The notes under the pieces: generated by a model
What the model was told of the DNA's origin: nothing
Databases searched by the model: none
The model's input: the letters and a program-made list of their open reading frames with translations, nothing else
Shown here: one piece after another, positions 51,271 to 63,090 of the stretch
Layout: every line of letters starts with the position of its first letter
How positions within the stretch are numbered: position 1 is the stretch's first letter
Source: Raillietiella orientalis
Taxonomy: Eukaryota
Assembly (NCBI GenBank): GCA_036172245.1
Contig: JAYWIR010000016.1
Coordinates: 2,418,001-2,482,000 of the forward strand
DNA length: 64,000 bases
Reading direction: 5' to 3'
Position numbers and translations under genes: made by a program

Positions 51271-54200
51271 CAAGTGGAGTCTGGGTGCTTCATGCTCCTC
51301 TGGGGACGGGGATTTTTCTCCTATATTCCAGGCAAGGACGCATCCGACGCTCTTGGAGACCCCTTCCTCGAGGGGCTTCCTGCGCTCCTTCCTCCTCCTC
51401 CCTCTTCTCGGAGTGACGCGCGGACGGCGATGGCGTAAACACTGCGCTTTCCCCCCCTGAGGTGGCGCTTCCTCTTCTCAGGCCCCGCTGCCCGAAGATT
51501 CCCGGGAAGTAGGGTGTCGTAGAGCTGCCTCGACTTCTGGAGGCGGCCAGCGGACATGCAAGCAAGCCTTTCCTCCTCCTACCCGGGAGAGCGCGTCCCC
51601 ACCACCTGGGGTCAGGAAGGGCCAGAAGGGGCCAGCGCGCGGGGCCGCGAACGCCTCCCAAGAGCCTCGGCACGAGGAGAAAGGGTCGGGAAGGTCGCTT
51701 CCCTGCGCGACCGCGAAGCTACGGCCAGCATCGTACTCCCCCGTGAGCTGGAGGTAGTTCAGCAATTGAGTGTCGTGTGAATCCTCGATAAAGCAATGAA
51801 ATCCCCCGTGGCCAAGGAAACCTGGGGCTCGCTGCCGGTCATCCTCGAAGAAGGCGAGATCTCCGGGAGGCGAGAGGAGTGGATCGGCAGACCCAGCTTC
51901 CTCCTTCGGCTCTTCCGCTTGGAGCGCCTGCGCGAGAGAGTTTGGACTTCGGAGTTTCGTGCGAGGGCTCTGCCCCTCGGAGGGCGTCCGTGAGCGAGTT
52001 GAGGCAGAGGAGAAAGGGACTTCCCCTCGATGACCCGACGATGCAGGGAAGGAGAGGGGAAGAAGGAAAGAAGTTTCCTTTCCTCCTTCCCCGGGGGACC
52101 TCCTCAAGGAGAAGGGGAAGTCTCTCGAAGAAGCGGGAAAGTTGAGGTCATCGGCCCTTGCCCTTCGCTGAGCTCCACCGGTCAGATCGCGTATCCGGAG
52201 CAACCAGGGCGTCGATCCCCTCTTTCTGAGCGGGAGTAACCGAAAGGCCCGAAGGCCCTTCGCAAGGGGACACACGGGGTTCCTCGATCCGGAGTCCCAG
52301 AGGAGCGCCGGTCCCGCCACCTGCGCTGGTGCCGCCCTCCGAAGGCAAGGGAGGGGGCTCGAAGAGCGCCCTCTCCTCTTCCCCCCTCGGGCGAACGGTC
52401 GCTTTATGGCGGAAGGAAGGGAGAGAGGAGGGAGGGAAGACATGCCAGCATCGGCTCCGGATCGATTATTCTGGACTCCCTCTCCCATCGGGAAGTGAAG
52501 GACGTGCGATTTTCTCCGAATCTCCACACACGCGCGCACGCGCGTGCGCGCGTTTTCCTCCTGATTTACTGCACGGATGGACATAAATCAGCCAGAGTGC
52601 AGTAGACCCACTTCCCGAATTGGGCCCGTCTTCCTCAGGGAGCCGCCCACCGAGTGCTGCGTGCCCCCGAGGATGGCCGAAAAAAGGAAGGAGGGAGCGG
52701 AGAGATAAGGACGAATAGCGCTCCCCCCTCTCCTCTCACCACCGACTCCTCCTCCTCTCTTGGGTCGCACTCTCGCGCGCGCTCACGCGCGCATCACAGA
52801 GACGCCACGCGGTCTGCTCGGTCGAGAGCATCCATCTGGCCCACGCACCACCTATCGGGACGCAGACCCTCGCTCGAGGAGTGAGGTTAGAGGAAGAAAG
52901 AGAGGGGTTGCAGAAGAAGCAGGGGAAGGAGAGGAGGATGGAGAGGGGGCGCTAGGGTTGCGGCTCTGATGCACCGAGGATGCTCCCACGCGTCCCCTCT
53001 GGCGGGAGAAATGGCGACGAGCACATCTAGGCGCGCTTCGGAGTGGTGCCGGCTGCTGGAGCCGCCGGGTCGAAGGAATCCTGCCTGGAGCTCTCTTGGG
53101 GACCCGGAGAGGGAGAAAGGAGGGCAAAGGCGGGGGAACCTGAGAGGGCGAGCTCGCGCTGGGCAGCTCGTTCGCTCGCTCCGTCCTGGGGGTCGCCTCT
53201 CCTGAATGGTCCCCGCCTCCTCTTGGTTGCTCTCGCACGGAGGCAACCAAATGAGATCCAGCGCTTCCCAAGAAGCTGAAGCAACCAACGAATACGGGGG
53301 GACACCCTCCGGTTCCCCTCATTCGTTGGTCGAAAGAGGTCTCGGAATCGCGAGCGACCCCTCGAGATCCCTCTGGGCTCTCTCCCAGAGGAAACCGCGT
53401 CATCCTGGAGATCGTGTTTCCTTCCACGAAAGCTTCCCTGTGCGAACCGCGGTCCCGGCACCTGCGCGGATTCTGGTCGCTTCCCTGTGCAGGAAGTCTC
53501 TCCGGGCGGTGAAGCACAGACTCAGCATTCACGATCAACACCTCGGGCTTCTCGGTAGGCGCGGAACAGGTTCTCCTCCCCCGGGCTTCCCGGGATCGGG
53601 GGGGAGACGCTGGGGAGGGAAACACTTCCGCTCCGAGACGATGGCTCCTCCCGTTGGTGGGATCTGAGAAGATCCCCTCCTCCTTCCCTCCAGCCCATCT
53701 CTCGCGGTCAATCGTTATTGCTCACGAAGCGCGGTACCCTCGGATCATCTCCCAGAAGCTGTTTCGTCAGGGACAGACTCTCGGGAAAGACTCGACCTCT
53801 CCGCGTCTCCGAGCACCGGGAAGCCCCTCTTCCATCTCCCAGAGGGATGAACAGCAGCCGTGTCCGCCTTCCGCCTACCTGATCAATAAGCCATCAATCT
53901 CCTCCGGAGCACAGTTGCTCAGGGAGGAGTGACCGAATGGGATTCTGATCAAGTTTCCAGGAGCGCGGCGGTCAGCTGATTGCGTACCGATCGCCCGACT
54001 CATCCTCTTGTCGCGAGGCAGGTCTCGTCTGCGTGGTGATGCAATTAATTAGTCCTGTGATCATCTCGAGCACGCTTCGCGCTCCTCGGCCGACCAATTA
54101 GCCGCCGACCAACCCAGGGATGAATAATCGGGACGGCTCCGGGATGATGTGAACAGGAGGTGTAGATTGCGCGGAACCTCCATAGGGATTTACGAGGGAT

Positions 54201-54762
54201 CAAATGGGCTAAGCAGAGTTCATTCAGGATGCATGCCATGCAGCGAAAGGGAGTGCTGGCTGGTGGAACCGCCTGCTTCCGGGAAACTGGAAAGAACCCG
54301 CGGACGAGAGCACGTCACCCTCGGATTCCCCGGTCCGGCCTTTGCGAGCTGCCAGCGTCCCTCCGTGGATCTCCGTGCTGGCGACGGAGCCCGACTGCTC
54401 TTGCCTCAGCAGCGAAGGAAGTCTCTGGGGGCAGACTTTGATGTCTGAGTCGTCTAGTTGACCCTGGCTCCACTTCGAGATGAGAGATGCCTCGTGCCGG
54501 GCAAAGCGCCCGGTGTCCCGTGACGGTGTTTCCCGTCCGTGAACTCTCGGCTTACGGGAGCAGCACGAATTTTTGCGCGGGCAAGCGGCCCGAAGCCCGG
54601 CACTCCTACGGAACCCTCTGTAGCGTTCCCAATCTCATCTCGCTCACACGCAGAAGCAGCAGCGTTGGGAGCAGCGCTCTGCTGCTCCTGAGAAAGTCGA
54701 TCTCTTCCCGGACGGACCGCGAATGGACAGCGAGCGGTGGTGTGACTTTCGCGCGCCGAGCG

Positions 54763-55415
54763 AGCCCGCGTTGGCACCGCGCGCAGCACCGATCATTGCA
54801 GGTTCAAATCCCACCCGGGGAAGGTTCGGTGCTTAGAATAAGGGGTGCGTCGTAGGTTTCGAGTCCCCATCCCCCCGCAGGATGATACACTGGTCGGACC
54901 GCAGGCTTCGGATGCTGCACTGGTGCAAACCGAGTGCCCCTGTTGATTGCCCGGGATCAGGAGTAGATCCTCCGGGTCCTCCCAGGAATCAAAGAGTCCT
55001 TCGGCGTTCCTCTGCGGTTGTGAAAATGGACCATCTCCTTTCTCAGGGATGCGGCCTTCCATCGCGCACCATGGAGCTGGTTGATCTCCCCCTCGAGGTT
55101 GTGTGTGTGCCTATCCAGAGTGTCAGAAGCGCGCTGCTCTCTTTGGGGAGCACCCTTCAAAAAAAATAGGAAGCATTCTTTCGGGATTCCCTTTAGAAAA
55201 AGGAACGAGGAGCAGTTCCCATGAGAGTTCATTTCGGAGAAAAAAACAAGAGTGGACCTCTTCCCGAAGGTTCCTGCGGAGAGAATAAGCAAGAGATTCC
55301 CATCAAGGCTCCCTCCCAAGAACAAGAGGAAGAGATTCCTTCCTCTGGAGTCATCCTGGATTCACCGATTGCCCCCTAAATGAAAGAGTTGCCATGCACC
55401 CTTGGCAGCATGGAT
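54763..55415 (+). mobile_element. tRNA-headed SINE-like element copy
   Basis: GGTTCAAATCCCACCCGGGGAAGGTTCGGTGCTTAGAATAAGGGGTGCGTCGTAGGTTTCGAGTCCCC matches 32243-32310; body and CCTGGATTCA 3' motif follow. Confidence 0.75.
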
Positions 55416-55579
55416 AGTGGTCCCTTAGGTCAACGGTTCTTGACTCAGCACCAAAGGAAATCTCTCAGGCAGGTTTGGACGTCCGACTCTGACCAAGTCA
55501 TCCCAAGATGGGCTTCGTCCGTGCGCGCGAACGGCCCTCCGGAGAAGACGGAAGGGTCGAAAACTCAGAAAGGAAGGAT

Positions 55580-58100
55580 CTCGGTTTAAGATGAGGATTT
55601 CCTGCCCCAGGCAGCCTCCGCTCGTTCAGGAGGGGTTCCGAGGGCAGAGGGATGTGGAGAAAGGAGAGAACATCGCCTTTCTGGTCCGGGTCGTTTGCCC
55701 TACGCATTACGGATGCCACTCGAGGACGAAGGGAGAGGTTCCCGGAAGGCGAGACGAGGAGATCCGGACTTGCACACGGCTGTTCCGCGACGTCAGCAGT
55801 TCCCGGAGGCAAAAAAAGCTTTGGCTGCACCCACGGTTCGGCTCTGAGCTTCCCTTCGTCCACTGGTGGCGACGCGCATTGCAAGGGAGTCCTCACTTCG
55901 AGATCAGCAGCTTGACTTGAAGAGGAGGAACGAGCAGTTGGTCATCCTTGGGAGCTCCTCCGGAATGTCTCTTGGGGTCTTGGAGAATTCACCCTAGCGA
56001 AGAAGTCCATTGGGCTGCTGCGAGACACCGCGGAATTTCCTGCACCTCGACATCTCGCAGATCTCCCCTCCTTGCCAAGGTAGGGAGACGCCGCTGCGGC
56101 GAATATGGCGGCCGCGTGACTCAGAGAGGGAAGCCGTAGGCGGTTCAGGCTCGGGGGGTGACACGAAGGCAACGTTGCCAGTCCATCGCAGCGTGCCGTT
56201 CATCTAAGGAACTGAACGTGCTGAGGCGCACCAGCGGGTGGTCCAATACTCGGTCACCAAAACCAGTCCCTTGAGTCACACTCCAGACTCTCCAGAGCCA
56301 AAAAGCGCCAAGTCCTCCCTCCCGAGGCGGGCCTCACGCGACTTTGAGTCTCATGCGGCACCGCTTCCGGCCCTCAAGGACATTCCAAAGGAGGTTCTCT
56401 GCCCTTTTCTTTGAGCAGAACGGGGGTCGCCAAAAGCACGGCCCACCCAGCAATACCTTCTTGCTGGAACGGACCGTCTGTTGTTGCACAGCCTGAAGGG
56501 CACGCAAGCGACTTGCATAATCCCAGGATTCGGCTACCCTGCGTCAGCGATTTTTCCCTGTAGACTCTGGAAGTCGTGGCTATTTTTTCCCTACTGAAAT
56601 GGGCTGGACGCATGCACTGAAGGAATCTCCGGGGCGGCAACACCTGCATGCATCAGGCTGTGACAGCACACACCCATCAGCCTCCGATCGCACTGAGGTT
56701 CCCCAAGGGACGTTATCGGTCGTCGGCTTTCTTCCGGAACCCCGCTGCAGCAGGGGACTCACTCTTTGGTCTCGTTGGAGGTTTTCACGTTTCAGCAACC
56801 CACAGTGACCGCTAGATGGCCGTCGGCAGAAGTGGGGGAGACGTCCCGGAAAGCTGTGGGCGTTTGCCCGCAGACGCACGAGCATCCTTGTTAAGAGCAC
56901 GCTTCGCTCCCACCCGTTCCCGCTCGCGAGATGGGAAAGAATTGCGAACAGGGACTCGTTTCCGGCATCGGATGCTCGTCCGCGGCGGCAGGAACGTTCT
57001 GCCGACAAACGCGGGAACCGGGAAGCCACGCGCGAGCGTCTTCCAGGAAGTCCTCCGACGAGCCTACTTACCGAGTCTGCACCGAACGTCTTGACCACTG
57101 ACCATATTTTCTTTCAGCCTCGCTGCAGACCGCGGGCGCACATCCTTGGACCGAGAGGGCGTAAGAAATTTAATTCCATGTTACCATGGATGCCGGTTCT
57201 GCGGGACGAAAAAAAAAAAAAAAAAAAATCAATTTTTCTTGATACTGCCATGAGACTTCGGTTAAGGGACGTACCAGATCCAAATGATCTAATTATTTTC
57301 TCGTTAATTTAGTGGGAATGGGGAAATCGGCATTCAAGGAAAGCTAAGAGGAAAGTCGATTTTTGTGACGACGGTCATCTTTTGGCACGGCAGCCGCCGG
57401 GATGGATGGGCGGTCGCGGCGATGGCAGGCAGAGCGGAGCGGGAGAACTGAAGCCACGGAAGTGGAGGATTCCCCCCCCCCCCTTCCATACCCCTCCCCA
57501 TCTGCGTGCAAGGAACGGGATCGGCTGTCGCGAGCAGGGCTGACGGGCAGTATGGGATGGAGGCTCGAACGAGCGTGGGGGGACCCAATGCTGTTCCAAA
57601 TGACCCATGGAGCGGTCGCACGCTCGTTGTAGCCAGGACTCCTTCCGATGAGGCTCGCCTCGTTTCCACGGCTTCCGGAGGATCCACTCGAGTGAGGGAA
57701 AAAGAGAGGAGCTGCCGGAAGGAGGGAAACTTTCCAGGAAGAATAATGAGCCATCCGGGACGGGGACGTCTCCCTAATGAAGAATTCCGAATTGTGCGGA
57801 ATCTCCCTGTCTTCCTCTGTAGCCCGTTCACTGGATGCCTCTGCCTCGCCTCCCCGAAGAGGCCTGACGGAAGCAGCGGGGCCTCCAGAAAAAAAGGAGG
57901 GTAGGGAGCGAGTTTTCCTTGAGCCTTCCGAAAGAAACCCGGATGGGTGTTTTCCCACTTTCCCATGAACGCATCCAGGAAGGGCGTCGTGCAGGCGGCG
58001 TTGGCATCAGCGCTCGGATTGGTGAAGCGAAAGGTTCCTTTGCGACTTGGCACCGGGTTGCCGAGATCTCATTCCCACAAGAACCGAGGCGTGGTCTGGG
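55580..58100 (-). mobile_element. Long decayed L1/Tx1-like ORF2 including the reverse-transcriptase core
   Basis: Collinear degenerate RT motifs: GGLPGRRS (QxGFxPGRS), GRASDAGNESLFAIL (KAFDxVxHxxL), NLQRDQRVSPLL (RQGxPLSPLL), SEADGCVL (YADD), RILGL (YLG), LPWQGG (PxxGGLG), KGDVLSFLHIPLP (zf-RVT lead-in); the 5' boundary is uncertain. Confidence 0.6.
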
Positions 58101-59219
58101 TAGCTGATGGACCTTTCGGAGGAAGCAACTGACGGCAGGGCGGGCAGAGTCGCCGCGGCGACCCTCATCTCGGGCTCACGAGGTTTGTTGGAGAGAGGCG
58201 CGCTTCGTCCCCACGGACATACGAACTGGATGCATAGGTAGGACTCCCCGAGGCACTGAGGAAGCACGAGAAAAGCACGTCGTGAAGGAAGCTATCTGGG
58301 CCATCCATCATCCAGGGATACACAGAGAACAGGAAAGCGGTCGGAACGTTCGGTGCAGCAAGGATGCCTGCGCGCAGGACCTACGTGGCGTCCCTTGACA
58401 AGTCTCAGGAGCGTTCGGAGAAGCTCCTCATGAGAAAACATTGGAAACGAGACCGCTGCAGGCTGGAGGTTGCATCCTGGGAGACAACTTCTGCTCTCAC
58501 GCAAAAAGGGACGGGGATGTCGTGCCGGTGCGATGGTCTCGAGTGCTGATGTTGCAGATCACGAGTTTCCGTGAGAAGAACCTCGCCGGCCATTCAGCTC
58601 CTGTGGTAAAGAATTCGGGGAGGCGAGATAATTAATATCTGATGCTCCTCTCTTTGAGATTACAAGCGACGGTTCCGTCTCTGGGATGAATGCTGAGGAA
58701 AGTCAAGACAACGAAGAAAGTTAAGGCTTGCACAATCAGGATGTTAGGAGTGGGGAACAACGTGATTGGAATGAAGATAGTGGGGAAGGGCTTCCTGAGG
58801 TCATAATTGCGGTCTTATTGGGGGACGCTGGGAATTTGTTTTTCCGTAGGGAAATGTCCACTTCCTCTTTCGAGTTGAACCTGCTCTCTTGCCTCTCAAC
58901 CTTCTCCCCTTTCGCGAGCATCGTAATATTCAAGCGATTATGACAGTTATTACGAGGCCAGTGATTTGGCTCGGTCTTAATTGCGGCGGCCCTAACCGAA
59001 AAGTATGGAATGTGGTCCAAATCAGTTGCCTAGTGATGGGAACGACTGCGATGGCTGTTCGGAAAAGTGCAAGAGGAAGCCGCTTAAGCTGCAGCTGGGA
59101 TCTCCGTTTCCTGAGAAAGCGCCGCGTTTCCTGGCAGCGCGTGAGGAGGACGTGACGCGAACTGACCTGGCACTACGCGCGGAGACTGTAGCCCACGCTC
59201 GCCAACGCGGGACAAACGC

Positions 59220-59835
59220 CCACGCCACCCAAGGGTGCGTGGAACTCTTCAAGTTATTGGGACCACCCAATGAATCCAGGAAGGGCTTCGAGGAAGGAGT
59301 GCATCGCCCCTATGCTCGGGAAGTAATCCCGAAGGGAACTCCCGCCCTGGCTGCCTCCGAAGAAAACCCGGACTGGTTCCGCTCCTGAAATTTCTCTTCC
59401 TGAGGGAACCCGCAAGGGAAACGCTTCCTGTTTCCTCCTCCTCTGGAGAGAATCCCGAGGGGACTCTTCCCAATTTTTCTGAAGGCCGCTCTTCTTAAAG
59501 GGAGCAGAGCGCCTCTTAGACTCTGGAAAGGCAGCCCCTCGAGGGGACGACTCCCTTTCCACAACCGGAAGAGAATCTCGAAAGGAACGGGCTCCTTGAT
59601 TCCCGGAAGGACCTTGGAGGTCAAATTACAGTCCTGGACAGTCAACGGGGGCATCCGGACTCCACCGGTGCCCACCCAAATAGGTCAACCAGCGCCATCT
59701 TGCGGAGACAACTCGCAAATCCACGACATATTCTTATCTCTCGGCGTCGATCCTTCCCGGGTGGGATTCTAAGCCGTGGCGCTTTTGGCACCACGCGCGG
59801 AGGCGCCGCAGCCACACAGCAACCAACACAGACCA
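59220..59835 (-). mobile_element. Near-full-length tRNA-headed SINE-like element
   Basis: Head at 59710-59835 (reverse complement), body repeats, ATGAATCCAGGAAGGGCT at 59270, 3' hairpin CCACGCCACCCAAGGGTGCGTGG at 59220-59242. Confidence 0.75.
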
Positions 59836-59929
59836 AACCGTGTCTTGGAGACGGTGGCAAGAGGCAGCACCGAGCAACGTCTCCTCAGCGACTCCAACCT
59901 ACAGAGCCCGATTCACCTACCAGATTTAC

Positions 59930-61950
59930 ACCTTGACAACAGCGCGGCCGTGACTCAGTGACCTGCCTCGCACCCCTTCCAACGCAGTGAAGGCCAGCTG
60001 CTCCAGCATCCGAGAAACTGGAGCACGAAAAGGGTCGATCTTGTTCTTCAAGCGAGCGCGCCCGGGTTCTTCCTCACAAGCGTCGGATTCGAGCGAGTCC
60101 GCAGTTTCCCCACCCCAGGAAAGTCCCCTGAAGCGAATCGGGACGAGCTTCACCTTCCTAACCTGCAAGAGAACCAGTGCTGTTGATCTTCCGTGCCTGC
60201 TGTCCACGGCAGCGGCGTCGACTCTCTCTTTTTCGTAGCAGCAGGTTCGTTCCGGGAGGAGCAGGGAGCTTCAGCTCGTGCCTGGAAGTTCAATCCGTCC
60301 GGGGAAGCGAGGATGAGGCGGGAGTGCACCTCGCCTGCAGAGAGTGAAAAAGGACAGGCCGACCTGGTTCCGGTTCTTGCGACGACCTTTCCGGCCGGGC
60401 GTCGCGGAGGGAAGTGGCGGCTGCAGGCGCAGCGTCGTACTCTTTCCCGCCTCCCTGGTAAATTTCCTTCTCTCTCGCGCGCGCCCACGTTTTGCTCATT
60501 TGCGGACCGCCGTCTCTCCCTGCGCGGAGCAGTCGAAAGTGACGCACTTTCTGAGCTGGTCGTTGGTCGCTGATCCCCTCCGGCAGTCGGGAACAGCATC
60601 TGCTGCTGCCGCCACCGCCCGTTGCGCAGTCCGCATCGCACTTATGAGGGGAACATGGTAGCTCTTGTAGTAATCCATCGCTAGGCGTGCCTCGTCTGCG
60701 GGCGAGAAATTGCATGGGCGCTTGTCAGGAGACCGATTTCCCGGCATGCTCCCGGGTCAGAATGCACAGCTCACGAGTACGCGCCGTTTCCGTGCCGAAT
60801 TCCATGCTGAGGGCATGAATTACGATGCCACGACGCAACTCCTGCTCGCCAGAACCGGGAATTCGTTGCGCGCACTGCTGCCCGCTGCCATGACTACGAG
60901 GAAAGTTTCCCTGGGAAAGATGTCTTCAAAGAGGGCTGCTGCTTATTCTGCGCCGGGGGAATATTTCCAAGTAGGATGTCCCGGCATTGCAGAGTCCAAG
61001 TCCGAGCCGGGTCATAAGTCGCGCTTGCGAAAAACCCTGCACCAATGAATTCGCCGCCAGCAAAAAACGAATGGGGAAGCCGCGAGTTCACAGAGCCCGG
61101 AGCGTGTCCGGAGGGAGCCAGGGGCCAGCAAGGCGGGAAGTGGGGCGGGCAGTGTAGCCGCGGGGTAAGACACGCTCGTGTGCACCATTCGCGAAAATCA
61201 GGAGGGGACGTTCCGAAGGGAGAAGGCCGGGATCAGCTGGTATCCAAGCAGCTGCAGTTCGTTTCCTGGAAACAGGAAGTCGCAGCTCCGGGAGGAGCCG
61301 GGATTCGCCGCCGCGGTGCGCGGCGGATTTCTCCGGAAGTGACAAGGACCGACCAAACCATGCGCGGAAGCTGTTGTCACGGACCCCTCGTCAACATCGG
61401 GCCTCCTGGATCCCACCGGAGTATTTGCTTACCGCCAACAAGATCTGATGGCGTCTCCAAACGAGCTTGCTCCCCAAACCCTTCCACGCGCACCACGGAG
61501 ACCCTCCTGCTCGCCAGAACCTTGGGAAGGAAGCTACCTCCATCCTCCTCCAGTGTTGGCTGCTCTCTTTGGCAACTCTTTGAGCGAAGCGAGACCCAAA
61601 CCAAGTATCGCTTTCGCGCCCGACTTGGCAGGGCTTCCCACAAGAAGGCATCGGTGCTCCTGATGAAATTCGATCACCACTTCCGGGATGCGTTTCCCAG
61701 GTCTGCGCTGTGCAGCAACGCGAAGAGCCGCAGAGGCCACCCTGGCTTCCTGACAAGATGGAAACGGCATCCAGACGATGGGAGGCAGCATCTTCGGATG
61801 TCCGTCGATAACGGAGCGAATGGAACAGCCGTCGGCAGCTGCGGTGCGACTGCTGCGAGATGGCAGGAGCAAAAGGCAGCCTGCAAGCTCGGGACGTCCA
61901 GAGAGTGGGGAAGGAATCTGGAGGGACAGGGAGATCGAATTTTTCGCCCT
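59930..61950 (-). mobile_element. Decayed, internally deleted L1/Tx1-like APE plus RT region
   Basis: PGKRIPEVVIEF..LLVGSPA and EDGGSF (APE-like); VHSD..MPGNRSPD and LAMDYYKSYHV (RT domain 2-3-like); IRFRGL..LKNKID (YLG region-like), in the expected order. Confidence 0.4.
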
Positions 61951-61989
61951 CACATCAACCTTCCATAAGTCTCCCCCGAAGTCTGCAGG

Positions 61990-62145
61990 TCAACCAGCAT
62001 CATCCTGCAGAGGAAACTCGAACCTCACGACGCACCCCGTTTCTCGGCGTCGATCCTTCCCCGGGTGGGGTGCGAACCTTTGCGACGCTCGGGGCACCAT
62101 GTACGGAAGCGCCGCAGCCGCATGGCAGCCAATGCGGGCCGAACT
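61990..62145 (-). mobile_element. Head of the SINE-like element
   Basis: Reverse complement GGTTCGCACCCCACCCGGGGAAGGATCGACGCCGAGAAACGGGGTGCGTCGTGAGGTTCGAGT matches the 32243-32310 and 54801-54868 heads. Confidence 0.7.
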
Positions 62146-62739
62146 GGCAAGGAGATGGCGGATTCGAGTTTGTTTTGTCTCTCCCAGTGTTTCTATCGAG
62201 CGCGATGGCTCCGGAGCAAGTTCCAAAGGGGCTCCAGCCGGGACCTTTGGCCTATCGAGCACGTGGCACACCTTCAGCAAAAATTTGCAGGAAAACCAAC
62301 TAAAAAAAGAAGGGAAAAAAGAAAAAAGAGAGAGAAAACAACCTGTGCGCGTCTTCCCGAAGGTCCTGCTCCTCGCTCACCAGGCACCTCGGGATGACTT
62401 TCCCATTGCCTTCGGCCCACCTCCCTTTTTGGGGCGTGATTCATTGCCGCTTCGTTCCAACTCTTGAAGGCGGGGTGTGTTCGCTGTTCGATGTTCTCAC
62501 TGCTGCGCCATTGGCCATCAGAGTGGGGACCTTCAACCGTTGGCAGGAAAATAAGGGCAGGCGGAAGAGTGCTGATGCTTCATTAATCATGAATCAGTGC
62601 TGTTGATCTCTGGGACTGATTTCGCGGATCGAGAGGGAGAATACCACGGCAGTGTCATTCCGAGGGTCACGCCCCGCTTAGAGATCCTGGAAGAGCCCGA
62701 TTTTCCGAATCTTCATCTCAGGAGGAGAAAAAGACCCAC

Positions 62740-63090
62740 GTGCTGTTGCTGGCTCTGGCATCGATACCATCCTCGAGATTAATTCCCTCTCCCATCCCCT
62801 CCCCCGTCGGTAAACAACAGATCCTGTTGAATCGACTGCCAGAGTTCGGTCTCAACGGCAGCGTCCGTCTGGCGTCTATTTTCCCTGCGGATTTCAATCT
62901 TCGTTCTTCTCTCCCAATCCCGGCTTCATCTCCCATTCCTTTTCCCCGCATGGCAGCAAACAGGCCGAAAGTTATTTACTCGAAAGTTGTTCCTGCCTGT
63001 CCCTAATTATCCTAATTATTGGAGCAGATTAAAAGGATGGGAACACCCCGAACTCATCAGGCAGGACCTTGGGAAAACGAATGAAAGTGG
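62740..63090 (+). pseudogene. Decayed LRR gene fragment
   Basis: LLNRLPEFGLNGSVRLASI and GWEHPELIRQDLG show LRR-like spacing; frameshifted. Confidence 0.3.

Noticed and set aside
57209..57228. Poly(A) tail of a processed pseudogene
   Set aside because: No recognisable upstream mRNA-derived sequence or TSD; treated as a simple mononucleotide run
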